From contig CAWJDE010000004.1 of NCBI GenBank assembly GCA_963841545.1, positions 65,474 through 129,473 on the forward strand: DNA of 64,000 nucleotides. Reading direction: 5' to 3'. The notes under the pieces were generated by a model. That model was not told the DNA's origin. It was given only the letters and a program-made list of their open reading frames with translations, and did no database searches. Position numbers and translations under genes: made by a program. This document shows, piece after piece, positions 16,483-25,378 of this stretch (the stretch's first letter is position 1; every line of letters begins with the position of its first letter). This stretch comes from an uncultured Chloroflexia bacterium. Its GTDB lineage: Bacteria > Chloroflexota > Limnocylindria > Limnocylindrales > CSP1-4.

Positions 16483-18522
16483 ATGGGCTATCGCATCGAC
16501 ATCGACGAGGGCGGCTGCATCACCTGCGGGGTGTGCATGGACGTCTGCCCGGTCGAGGCACTGGACATGTCCCGCCCGCAGCTGGCGGGGATCGAGACGG
16601 GGCCTGGACCCGGTGGACGGCCGCTGCCGTGGATGATGGAGCACCCGCTGCAGGTGGGCGAGTGCATCGGCTGTGGCATCTGCATCCGCGAGTGCCCGCC
16701 CGACGTGATGACGCTGGTCACGGTCGACGGCGCCGTCCCGCTCGCGGCCCGGCAGGGTCCGATCGAGCGGCCGGCCGCGGCCGGGTCAGGCGGCGGTGCC
16801 TGGATGCCCCTCTCGGAGGTCACCCGCGAGGCGCTCAAGCCGGTCCACGACTCGCCCTGGGGCAGCCTGTTCCGCTGGCAGACGCGGTCGCGCCCGAAGC
16901 CCTGGCAGACCTGGATGACCATGGTCGACCAGCCGCCCGCCTCGCCCATCGCGCCGTGCCAGGAGGCGTGCCCGGCCGGCACCGATGCCGGCCGCTACGT
17001 CGGCCTGATCGGCCAGGGCCGGTACGACGAGGCCTACGCCGTCGCGGCCGAGGTCAATCCGTTCCCGTCGGTCTGCGGCTGGATCTGCACCGCCCCCTGT
17101 GAGGCGGCCTGCCGGCGCGGCGTCCTTGACGAGCCGATCTCGATCCGGACCCTGAAGCGGTTCGCGGCCGAGCATGGCCGGCTGCCCAAGGTCGCCCCGC
17201 CCGACACCAGGCGCGCCGACAAGGTCGCGATCGTGGGCGGCGGGCCTGCCGGGATGGCGGCCGCCTACTACCTCGCCCGCCTTGGCTATCCGGTCACGGT
17301 GATGGAGGCGATGCCGGTGCCGGGCGGCATGATGGCCATCGGGATCCCGGAGTACCGCCTTCCGCGCGAGGTGCTCCAGGAGGAGATCGGCCGGATCCTG
17401 GACCTCGGGGTCGAGCTCCGGCTGGACACGGCGATGGGCCGTGACTTCAGCCTGCCCGACCTGGAGCGCGAGGGCTTCCGGGCGATCTTCCTCGCGACCG
17501 GCGCCTCCAAGAGCCGCCGGCTGGGCGTCCCGGGCGACGAGCTGCCGGGCGTGATCCCGGCCACCCGCTTCCTCAAGGAGGTCAACCTCGGCGAGCACCC
17601 GCGGCTGTCGGGCGACGTGATCGTCGTCGGCGGCGGGAGCACGGCGATGGACGCCGCGCGATCCGCGCGGCGGAGCGGGGCGACGACCGTCACCATCGTC
17701 TACCGCCGCGGCCGCGCGGACATGCCGGCCCAGGTCGAGGAGATCGAGGCCGCGGAGCGCGAGGGCATCGCGATCCTCGACGGCCTGGCACCGACCGAGG
17801 TCGTCGGGCGCGACGGCAGCGTCGTCGCGCTGCGGAGCGCCGTCCAGCGGCCCGGCGCGACGGTCAAGGCCGGCTCGACCGGCGGCCGCGCGGCCTGGGA
17901 GCCCACCGGGGAGACCCGGGAGCTGCCGGCTTCGGCGATCCTCGTCGCCATCGGCGAGGAGCCGGACCCGTCCATCCTCCCCGAGGGTGCCGGGATCGAG
18001 GTCAGCGGCTGGGCCGGGATCGTCGCCGATCCGCGCACGCTGGCCACGGGCCGGGCCGGCATCTTCGCCGGCGGCGACGTCGTGTCCGGACCCCGCACGA
18101 TCATCGAGGCGGTCGCGGCCGGGCGCCGCGCGGCGGCCTCCATCCACGAGTATCTCGCCGGTGCGGCGGACGGCGAGGCCGAGATCTTCGCCACCGTCCG
18201 CTACCGGACACCACCCGAGCTCCGGCTCCAGCTGGACCTGGCCGGTCGGGCCCGGGCGCACCCGGCCCTGCCGGTGGTGCAGATCTCGACGTTCACCGCC
18301 AACCAGGCGGGCTTCGACGAAGCGACGGCACGCGCCGAGGCCTCGCGCTGCTTCCGCTGCGACGCGGTCCACGGCTGCCCGTCGGTCAGCGTCCTCGCGG
18401 GACGCGGCCCGGCCGACAGCCGGCACCCGGCGGCACCCGGCGCCGGCCCCATCGCCCCGATCCCCGCAGCCACAACCCCGGCGGCCTCGTCCGCCCCGTC
18501 TTCGAATGGAGGTGCTCGGTGA
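16483..18522 (+). CDS. Iron-sulfur flavoprotein: an N-terminal 2x[4Fe-4S] ferredoxin fused to a glutamate-synthase-small-subunit (GltD/PreT-like) FAD/NAD(P)-binding oxidoreductase
   Basis: A strong SD 'aaggagg' lies 6 bp upstream of the ATG. Cysteine motifs are 'CITCGVCMDVCP' and 'CIGCGICIRECP'. A GltD-type Fe-S region 'CQEACPAGTD…CGWICTAPCEAAC' and Rossmann motifs 'VAIVGGGPAGMAAA' and 'VIVVGGGSTAMD' follow. Confidence 0.85.
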   Translation: MGYRIDIDEGGCITCGVCMDVCPVEALDMSRPQLAGIETGPGPGGRPLPWMMEHPLQVGECIGCGICIRECPPDVMTLVTVDGAVPLAARQGPIERPAAAGSGGGAWMPLSEVTREALKPVHDSPWGSLFRWQTRSRPKPWQTWMTMVDQPPASPIAPCQEACPAGTDAGRYVGLIGQGRYDEAYAVAAEVNPFPSVCGWICTAPCEAACRRGVLDEPISIRTLKRFAAEHGRLPKVAPPDTRRADKVAIVGGGPAGMAAAYYLARLGYPVTVMEAMPVPGGMMAIGIPEYRLPREVLQEEIGRILDLGVELRLDTAMGRDFSLPDLEREGFRAIFLATGASKSRRLGVPGDELPGVIPATRFLKEVNLGEHPRLSGDVIVVGGGSTAMDAARSARRSGATTVTIVYRRGRADMPAQVEEIEAAEREGIAILDGLAPTEVVGRDGSVVALRSAVQRPGATVKAGSTGGRAAWEPTGETRELPASAILVAIGEEPDPSILPEGAGIEVSGWAGIVADPRTLATGRAGIFAGGDVVSGPRTIIEAVAAGRRAAASIHEYLAGAADGEAEIFATVRYRTPPELRLQLDLAGRARAHPALPVVQISTFTANQAGFDEATARAEASRCFRCDAVHGCPSVSVLAGRGPADSRHPAAPGAGPIAPIPAATTPAASSAPSSNGGAR

Positions 18523-19127
18523 ACGCCGACCAGGTCGCCGGCCTGTTTGATGCCGGCGAGGGTTTCGTCGAGGGCACGATCGCCGCGGCGCTCGTGATCC
18601 TGTGGATCCTCTCGGTGGCGCTCCACCTGGCGCGCCCGTACATGGTCCGCACGACGGGCAAGTTCACGCTCCGCCTGGGTGCCGACCTGTGGTGGATCAT
18701 CTACGTCGCCCTGCGCGACCTCGTGCTGCTCAACGTCTTCCTGGGCAGCTTCATCTACTTCTACCCCGACGTCATCACCGGGCAGAACCTCCCGGTCACC
18801 GGTGGGCTGGCGGCGGTCTGCGCGTTCGCCGCCCTGGTGATCAAGCTGATGACGAAGGGCGACGAGGACCTGGCGTGGATGCGGGTGCAGGTGGTCCTGA
18901 TCGGGATCGGCGCCGTGCTGTATCTCACGCCGTATCTGCTCGGAACCCAGACGACGCTCCTCCATGGCTCCAGCCTGGCGGACCTCTCGAGCGCGCTGGT
19001 CTCGTCGAGCAACCCGGGCCTGGCCCTGCCGCTGTGCTACCTGTCCGCGGCCGCGACCGGTGTCCTCGGTCTCGTCGCCGTCGCCTACAACTTCTCGCTG
19101 TCGATGCGCCGGCCGAAGGCGGCCTGA
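18519..19127 (+). CDS. Integral membrane protein (about 5 TM), paralogue A; function unknown
   Basis: The GTG overlaps the upstream stop (GTGA). Hydrophobic helices are present, including 'IAAALVILWILSVALHLARPY…LWWIIYVALRDLVLLNVFLGSFIYFYPDV'. Confidence 0.55.
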   Translation: MNADQVAGLFDAGEGFVEGTIAAALVILWILSVALHLARPYMVRTTGKFTLRLGADLWWIIYVALRDLVLLNVFLGSFIYFYPDVITGQNLPVTGGLAAVCAFAALVIKLMTKGDEDLAWMRVQVVLIGIGAVLYLTPYLLGTQTTLLHGSSLADLSSALVSSSNPGLALPLCYLSAAATGVLGLVAVAYNFSLSMRRPKAA

Positions 19128-19137
19128 GGAGAGACCG

Positions 19138-19800
19138 ATGCTGAGTGGAGACGATCTCGCTGCTGCGATCACCAACGGCGGCTCCAACTGGATGGTGCTG
19201 TCGGTCGCCGCGGTCCTGCCCATCATCTGGGCGTTCACCCTGGCGCTGCATTTCGCGCGGCCGTACGTGCTGCGCTTCCTCCAGAGGCTCACGCTCCGGT
19301 TCGGTGGCGACGTCTGGTGGCTGTCCTACGTGCTCACCCGCGACGCGCTGCTGGTGATCACGCTGTGCCTGTCGGTGGTGTTCCTGTTCCCCAACGTCTA
19401 CCTGCGCGGCGACGGTCTCGGGATCACCGCGCCGGTGGCCACGCTGGTGCTGTTCTGGGCGGCCCTGGTCAAGCTCATCCGCGACCCGGACGACAACCCG
19501 TCCGACTTCCGGCTCCAGAGCATCCTCCTGGTCATCGCGTCGGTCCTCTACATCGTCCCGCAGATCTACGGCATGGAGGCTGCCGACCAGGGGTTCGACT
19601 TCACGAAGAACGTGCTGATGTCGATCAACCCCGACACGGGCGTCCTCAACGGCCTGGCCCGACCCATCCTGTGGACCAGCCTCGCGCTGTTCGCGCTCAC
19701 CGGCGGTGCCCTGTTCGTGCGCTTCCTGATGCGTCTCGGGCAGCCGGCCGACGGCGAGTCGATCGGCGCCGAGCCGGGGGCCGCGACGGCCCGGTCCTGA
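19138..19800 (+). CDS. Integral membrane protein (about 5 TM), paralogue B of the preceding gene
   Basis: 'IIWAFTLALHFARPYVLR…VWWLSYVLTRDALLVITLCLSVVFLFPNV' aligns with paralogue A, including a conserved 'ALH(L/F)ARPY' motif. The ATG at 19138 has an RBS-like 'ggagag'. Confidence 0.55.
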   Translation: MLSGDDLAAAITNGGSNWMVLSVAAVLPIIWAFTLALHFARPYVLRFLQRLTLRFGGDVWWLSYVLTRDALLVITLCLSVVFLFPNVYLRGDGLGITAPVATLVLFWAALVKLIRDPDDNPSDFRLQSILLVIASVLYIVPQIYGMEAADQGFDFTKNVLMSINPDTGVLNGLARPILWTSLALFALTGGALFVRFLMRLGQPADGESIGAEPGAATARS

Positions 19801-19869
19801 CCGCGACCTGCCCGGCCGGTTTCCCCGGCCGGGTATCGTCCGCCCGCCGGGCCCCGGCCCTCACGAGCC

Positions 19870-20502
19870 TCAGCCGCCGGGCCGGACGTGCCCGTCGTAC
19901 CGGCCGCCGTCGGCGAACGTGACGACGTAGGCGCCATCGGGGGTGGTGAACCGGACGACGTCGGGGTCGCGCCCGGGGAACAGGGAGCGCAGGGTCTCGC
20001 GGACCTGGTAGGTGAGGTTGCCGCCCACGCACTCGGTCACCGGGATGGGACCGCATGCGACCGCGAACATCGGCAGGTCGGGCACGATCTCGAGCTGGTC
20101 GTTGCCAACGACGCACGCCCCCTCCACGGCATCGCCCTCGTGCACGACGACCGTGCCGGTGGCGTCGAGGATCTCGAGCCCCGGCGCGAACCGGGCCCGG
20201 TAGCCGGCCGGCCAGACGACGTCCATGCGGGTTCGGTCGTCGAGGCGCTCGAGCCAGGCGACGCGTGGGTCCGCCGGGTCGCCGCGGAGGACGGTGGACA
20301 GCCCCACCCCGGCACACGCGACCGGGGCGCCGGCGACCTGCGGCTGACCGGGCACGGTCGGCAGGTCGAGCAGCTGCCCCTCGCCGGGTGGTCGCGTCGC
20401 GTCACCGGGCGACCCGCCTGGACCGAGGATCGCGATCCCGAGTGCGAGCACGATGCCAAGGAGCAACACCGCCGCGACGGCCACGATGCCGGCTCGCGTC
20501 AT
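19870..20502 (-). CDS. Hypothetical protein with an N-terminal signal-anchor/TM segment
   Basis: The N-terminus reads 'MTRAGIVAVAAVLLLGIVLALGIAILG'. The rest has a varied composition; no motif recognised. Confidence 0.45.
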   Translation of the reverse strand: MTRAGIVAVAAVLLLGIVLALGIAILGPGGSPGDATRPPGEGQLLDLPTVPGQPQVAGAPVACAGVGLSTVLRGDPADPRVAWLERLDDRTRMDVVWPAGYRARFAPGLEILDATGTVVVHEGDAVEGACVVGNDQLEIVPDLPMFAVACGPIPVTECVGGNLTYQVRETLRSLFPGRDPDVVRFTTPDGAYVVTFADGGRYDGHVRPGG

Positions 20503-20631
20503 GACCGTCCTCCATCAAGCTGGCTCGCCCCTGGCCGGGGCCCTGTCGGACGGCCCGCGTCAGCGACGCCCCCACGATGCCACGGGCCTCCGACGGTGTC
20601 GCCGACCGCCGATTCGTGCCATGCTCGGGAC

Positions 20632-20919
20632 GTGGAACCGCGGATCGACGTCCGCTGCGACCCGGCCGCCGGCGGCTGGACGTGCCACGTGACGGTGACC
20701 GAGGGCACGACGTCCACGAGCCACGAGGTGACGGTCACGGCGCCCGACCTCGCCCGCCTGGCGCCCGATGACGTCGCACCGGACGATCTCGTGCGCCGCT
20801 CGTTCGCGTTCCTGCTCGTCCGCGAGCCCAAGGAATCGATCCTCCGCCACTTCGACCTGCCGGTCATCGGCACCTACTTCCCCGGCTGGGAGCGCGAGAT
20901 CATCCGCCGCCGGGGTTGA
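20632..20919 (+). CDS. Small hypothetical protein (95 aa) with a GTG start
   Basis: The translation 'VEPRIDVRCDPAAGGWTCHVTVTEG…FAFLLVREPKESILRHFDLPVIGTYFPGWEREIIRRRG' has a varied, protein-like composition. It is the in-frame tail of an otherwise Arg-rich antisense ORF. Confidence 0.3.
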   Translation: MEPRIDVRCDPAAGGWTCHVTVTEGTTSTSHEVTVTAPDLARLAPDDVAPDDLVRRSFAFLLVREPKESILRHFDLPVIGTYFPGWEREIIRRRG

Positions 20920-21116
20920 CGGTCAGGCCCGGGCCCGAGCGCGCCGCCATGGACGGCGGCGACGGGGTCTCGCGAAGGCGCGGGCCGGCGATGAATCGTT
21001 CACGCCACCCGCGCCGACGAGCGAGTGCCGAACGGCACTGGCGACGCCTCACGGCCCGGCAATGATCCCGATTCACGTGGACCGGGTGGACCGCGACGCC
21101 GTGAGGGAGTGGACAG

Positions 21117-22637
21117 GTGGAGGGAGTCGTCGCACCGCGCTCGGTCGCCACCGGGGGAGGCCGGCAGCGCGCCGCGAGCATCGACGTCGCGTGGACGCCG
21201 ATCCTGGTCGTGGCGGGGGTCACGGTCGCGCTGCTGCTCCTGCTGGCGAACGAGTACGGATTCCACCGGGACGAGCTCTACTTCATCGTGGCCGGGCGGC
21301 ATCCGGCGCTGGGCTATCCGGACCAGCCGGCGTTCACGCCGCTGGTGTCCGCGGCGGCCGTCTCGCTGTTCGGCCTGACGCCGACGGCGATCCGGATCCT
21401 GCCGGCACTGTCCGCGGGCGGGGTCGTCGTGCTGGCCGCCATGATGGTCCGCGAGCTGGGCGGCTCGACGCGCGCCCAGGCGCTGTCGGCGCTGCTGACC
21501 GCCGTCTCTGGGCTCCTCGCCGCCGGTCACCTCGACAGCACCACGACCTACGACCTGCTCGCCTGGGCGGTCATCGCCTGGCTCGTCGTCCGGCTGCTGG
21601 CCGGTGCCGACCCGCGCCAGTGGCTGCTGGTCGGCCTGGTCGCCGGGATCGGTCTCGAGAACAAGCACACGGTCCTGTTCCTCGGCTTCGGCCTCGCCGC
21701 CGGCTTCCTCGCAGCGCGGCGCTGGGAGCTGGTCCGCGGCCGGTGGACCTGGCTCGCGCTGGCGCTCGCCGTCGTCCTCTGGGCACCCAACCTCGCCTGG
21801 CAGGCGCAGCACGGGTTCCCGCAGCTCGACATGGCGTCGCGGATCAGCGCCGGCGACAACCGCACCAAGCTGCCGCTGGAGCTGATGCTGCTGCTCGGGA
21901 CGTTCACGTTCCCGATCCTGCTGGCGGGCGGTTGGTGGCTGCTCCGGGACCGGTCGGCGCTCTCCTGGCGCCCGCTGGGCTGGGCCGTGATCGCGGTGCT
22001 GGTGGTCGTCGTCGCGACCAACGGCAAGAGCTACTACGCGGTGGGCTTCCTGCCGCTCCTGGCTGCGGCCGGTGCGATCCAGCTCGACGGCTGGCTGGCC
22101 CGCGCCCGGCTGCCCATCCGTGCTGTCGTCGCGGGCGCCGTGATCGCGCTGACCGGCGTCCTGACCGGGCTCCTCGCGCTGCCGATCGTGCCCCTCTCGT
22201 CGCTCGGGGCGACGCCGATCCCGGACGTCTATCACGAGGCCGGCGCCCAGGTGGGCTGGCCGCAGCTGGTGGCGACCGTGACCGGCGTCGTCGACACGCT
22301 GTCACCCGGGGAGCGCGCCCGGGCCGTCATCCTGACCGCCAACTACGGCCAGGCCGGCGCGATCGAGCTGCTCGGTCAGGGGCTGCCCCCGGTCGTGTCG
22401 GGCCATAACGGCTACTGGGACTGGGGACCGCCGCCCGACGACCGGACGCTCATCGTCCTGGTGGGCGAATGGTGGCCGTCGTCCTGGGCGCCGATGCTCG
22501 GGCGATGCGAGCCTCGGGCGGTTGTCGACAACGGATTCGGCGTGCCCAACGACGAGCAGGGGACGCCGGTCCAGGTCTGTCCCTCGATGGCGCAGCCGTG
22601 GTCGGTGATCTGGCCCGACCTCCGCCATCTCGACTGA
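21117..22637 (+). CDS. Membrane glycosyltransferase, family 39 (ArnT/PMT-like)
   Basis: A multi-TM N-terminal half carries the 'DE' motif ('EYGFHRDELYFIVAGRHPALGYPDQP'), as in GT39 enzymes. A periplasmic C-terminal domain follows. Confidence 0.65.
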   Translation: MEGVVAPRSVATGGGRQRAASIDVAWTPILVVAGVTVALLLLLANEYGFHRDELYFIVAGRHPALGYPDQPAFTPLVSAAAVSLFGLTPTAIRILPALSAGGVVVLAAMMVRELGGSTRAQALSALLTAVSGLLAAGHLDSTTTYDLLAWAVIAWLVVRLLAGADPRQWLLVGLVAGIGLENKHTVLFLGFGLAAGFLAARRWELVRGRWTWLALALAVVLWAPNLAWQAQHGFPQLDMASRISAGDNRTKLPLELMLLLGTFTFPILLAGGWWLLRDRSALSWRPLGWAVIAVLVVVVATNGKSYYAVGFLPLLAAAGAIQLDGWLARARLPIRAVVAGAVIALTGVLTGLLALPIVPLSSLGATPIPDVYHEAGAQVGWPQLVATVTGVVDTLSPGERARAVILTANYGQAGAIELLGQGLPPVVSGHNGYWDWGPPPDDRTLIVLVGEWWPSSWAPMLGRCEPRAVVDNGFGVPNDEQGTPVQVCPSMAQPWSVIWPDLRHLD

Positions 22638-22742
22638 CGCGCTGACCGGCGGCCCGGCCGCCGAACGGGACCTTCGGACCGGCGAGCCGGACATCTCGCC
22701 GGTTTCGGGCGTTCGGGCCGTTCGGGCCGTTCGGGCCTGTCG

Positions 22743-24152
22743 GTGCCGGGCAGGCTCGCCTATGATCCGCGGGACCCAGCCGGGGGAGAGAGGACGGTCG
22801 TGGACGAGCCCGCGGATGCGGCGAGCGCGGCGTTGGTCGGCGACGATCCCGAGGCCGGCGCTCGCCCGACCGCGCTCCTCCCGATCTCGCACCTGCTTCG
22901 GATCTCGGCCTACTGGCTGGGCCTGACCGCGATCGACGCCGGGGTCGGGCAGTTCAACACCAACCGGCTGGAGTTCGACGGGTTCGTGCCCAGGGACGAC
23001 GTGGGCACGGCCATGTTCCTGATCGGCCTGGGCGTGGCGGCGGTGTCGATCGTCATCCAGCCGACGGTCGGCTACGTGAGCGACTTCTGGGTCAGCCGCT
23101 GGGGCCGGCGGAAGCCGTTCATCGTGGCCGGCTCGCTCCTCGACCTCGTGTTCCTGGCCGGGATCGCGACCGCGAACAACGTGGTCGCGCTGGCCGCGTT
23201 CGTGATCCTGCTGCAGCTCAGCACCAACACGGCGCGCGGCCCGTTCCAGGGCTATGTGCCGGACCTGGTCGCTGAGCCACAGGTGGGCATGGCCAGCGGG
23301 CTCGTGGGGCTGATGCAGATCATCGGCAACGTCACCGGCTTCGGGCTGGTGTCGCTCGCGGTCGGGTTCCACAGCATGCCGCTGGCGCTGCTCGCGATCG
23401 CGGCCGTCGAGCTGGTCGCGATGGCCAGCGTGGTGCTCCGCGTGGGCCGTGGCCTGCCGCCACGGCAGCGGCACGGCCGGTCGTGGGGCACGATCGCGCG
23501 CGAGGCGTGGGCGACCGACATCCTGCGCGAGCGGTCATATGTGTGGCTGCTGGTCTCGCGGCTGCTGTTCCTGGGTGGCGGGGCGCTGCTCGCCAACTTC
23601 GTGCTGATCTTCCTCGGGCGTGCGCTGGGCATGGTGCAGGAGGACGCGAACCGGACGCAGATCCTGGTGCTCGTGGCCGTGGTGGCCGCCAACCTGCTCG
23701 CCGTCATCCCGGCCTCGCGGATCTCCGACCGGATCGGGCGCAAGCCGGTGATCTGGGCCGCCTGCGGCATCGGGGGCGTCGGGATCGCGATCGCGTCGAT
23801 CGCGCCGTCCGTGCCCGTCGCGCTCGTTGGCGGGTTCCTGTTCGGGGCGTCCGCGGGCGCGTTCCTGGCCGTCGACTGGGCGCTCATGACCGACATCATC
23901 CCGCGTGCCTCAGCAGGCCGGTACATGGGGCTGAGCAACGTGGCGACCGCCTCCGCGACCACGCTCGGGCTCGCCGTCGGCGGCGTCGTGCTCGACCTGG
24001 TGACCCGGGCCGGGTTCTACGAGCTCAGCCCGCGCGTGGTGTTCGCGCTGGGGGTCGCGTTCTATGCCGCGGCCGCTGTCACGCTCCGCCCGGTGGTCGA
24101 GCCGCGCCGGGATCGCCGGGCCGCGGCGAGCGCCGACCTGGCCACCGCCTGA
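22743..24152 (+). CDS. MFS transporter. The start is uncertain; an alternative GTG lies at 22800
   Basis: There are about 12 predicted TM helices. An MFS motif 'SDRIGRKPV' is present, along with 'GRRKPF'. Confidence 0.75.
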   Translation: MPGRLAYDPRDPAGGERTVVDEPADAASAALVGDDPEAGARPTALLPISHLLRISAYWLGLTAIDAGVGQFNTNRLEFDGFVPRDDVGTAMFLIGLGVAAVSIVIQPTVGYVSDFWVSRWGRRKPFIVAGSLLDLVFLAGIATANNVVALAAFVILLQLSTNTARGPFQGYVPDLVAEPQVGMASGLVGLMQIIGNVTGFGLVSLAVGFHSMPLALLAIAAVELVAMASVVLRVGRGLPPRQRHGRSWGTIAREAWATDILRERSYVWLLVSRLLFLGGGALLANFVLIFLGRALGMVQEDANRTQILVLVAVVAANLLAVIPASRISDRIGRKPVIWAACGIGGVGIAIASIAPSVPVALVGGFLFGASAGAFLAVDWALMTDIIPRASAGRYMGLSNVATASATTLGLAVGGVVLDLVTRAGFYELSPRVVFALGVAFYAAAAVTLRPVVEPRRDRRAAASADLATA

Positions 24153-24258
24153 GGCAGACCTCGCGCCGACCTGGCCACCGCCTGAGGCAGACCTCGCGCC
24201 GACCTGGCCACCGCCTGAGGCAGACCTCGCGCCGACCTGGCCACCGCCTGAGGCAGTC
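24131..24258. repeat. Perfect tandem repeat of a 33-bp unit (cgccgacctggccaccgcctgaggcagacctcg), about 3.9 copies. The MFS stop codon lies in copy 1
   Basis: Three exact copies plus a truncated fourth copy are visible in the sequence. Confidence 0.85.
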
Positions 24259-24290
24259 CGTCGCGCTCGCCGGCCGTCCGCCGGACCTCG

Positions 24291-25289
24291 TCAGTCGCCG
24301 ATCTCGGCGACCTCGTGCCGCGCCCGGTGCGCGCCCCGGCCGGCCGGACCGACGTCCAGTCCGATGAACACCCGGAGCCAGGGCACGAATGCCTGCCACG
24401 CCTTGCGGGAGGTGTCGCTCGGTCGGGCGACGAAACGCCGCACCCCCGCCCGGGCCCGGGCGAGCTGGAACGCGGTCGCCTGCGGCCAGGAGCGGGGTCG
24501 CAGAAACGCGAACGGGTCCTCGTGGCGCCACCACCAGGGGACGGCCGCCCACACGAACACGAGATAGTCGGCGCGGACCGGCCGCTCGCCGAAGCCGAAC
24601 AGCACCTGGAGCTGGACGATGGTGAGCGGCAGCATCGCGAGCGAGAGCACCGCCGACAGCCCCAGGAACACGAGCCCCCAGCCGCGCGCCTTCGCCGGCA
24701 ACGTCAGCCACAGCGGCGCCGGCATCCACTTCATCCAGGTCGCGAGACCCCACACGAGGCCGCCGAACCGCCCGTCCACGAACTGCGCCCCGAACAGGAA
24801 CAGGGCCAGCAGGAGATCGATGTTGCCCGTGTCCAGGTTGGCGGCGATGGGAAAGGCGAGGATCGAGATCAGCACCGCGGTCGGCAGCGGCCGTCTCGCG
24901 TACGCCCAGCGGATCGACCACAGGAGCAGCAGGATCGTCGCCCCGCGCCAGGCGAACCAGGCAACCTCCCACGGGAGGAGCGCCCAGGGTGCGAACAGGG
25001 GCAGCATCCAGGGGGCGTAGACGTAGGGCAGGAACGGCCCGGTGGGGTGGTACGGGTTGCCCCCTTCGAGCCAGATGCGGACCGCGGCCCAGTAGGCCTG
25101 CGCATCGGCGCCGGCGTTGTCGCCGCGGGCCGTCATGCCGGCGATGGCCAGGGCGAACACGACGATGAGCAATGTCATGGCGAGGATCCGGCGTGGCGCG
25201 CGGAGCCGGGTCGCCTCGCGGCGAAGGGCCCGCCGGACCACACCGGCACGCCGCGCCGGACGCCGCAGGATCGAGGCGCTGGTGCTCAT
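24291..25289 (-). CDS. Polyprenol-phosphate-mannose-dependent glycosyltransferase-like integral membrane protein (DUF2029 / GT87-like)
   Basis: The protein is multi-TM and Trp-rich, with segments such as 'NPYHPTGPFLPYVYAPWMLPLF' and 'DTGNIDLLLALFLFGA'. The start is taken as 'MSTSASIL'. Confidence 0.55.
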   Translation of the reverse strand: MSTSASILRRPARRAGVVRRALRREATRLRAPRRILAMTLLIVVFALAIAGMTARGDNAGADAQAYWAAVRIWLEGGNPYHPTGPFLPYVYAPWMLPLFAPWALLPWEVAWFAWRGATILLLLWSIRWAYARRPLPTAVLISILAFPIAANLDTGNIDLLLALFLFGAQFVDGRFGGLVWGLATWMKWMPAPLWLTLPAKARGWGLVFLGLSAVLSLAMLPLTIVQLQVLFGFGERPVRADYLVFVWAAVPWWWRHEDPFAFLRPRSWPQATAFQLARARAGVRRFVARPSDTSRKAWQAFVPWLRVFIGLDVGPAGRGAHRARHEVAEIGD

Positions 25290-25378
25290 CGGCTGCATTC
25301 TCGCGCGTCGGCGAGCCCGCGGCACGGGACCAGGGCGGGACACGATCGACGGCCGCCGCGCTGCTAGACTCCGCGACC

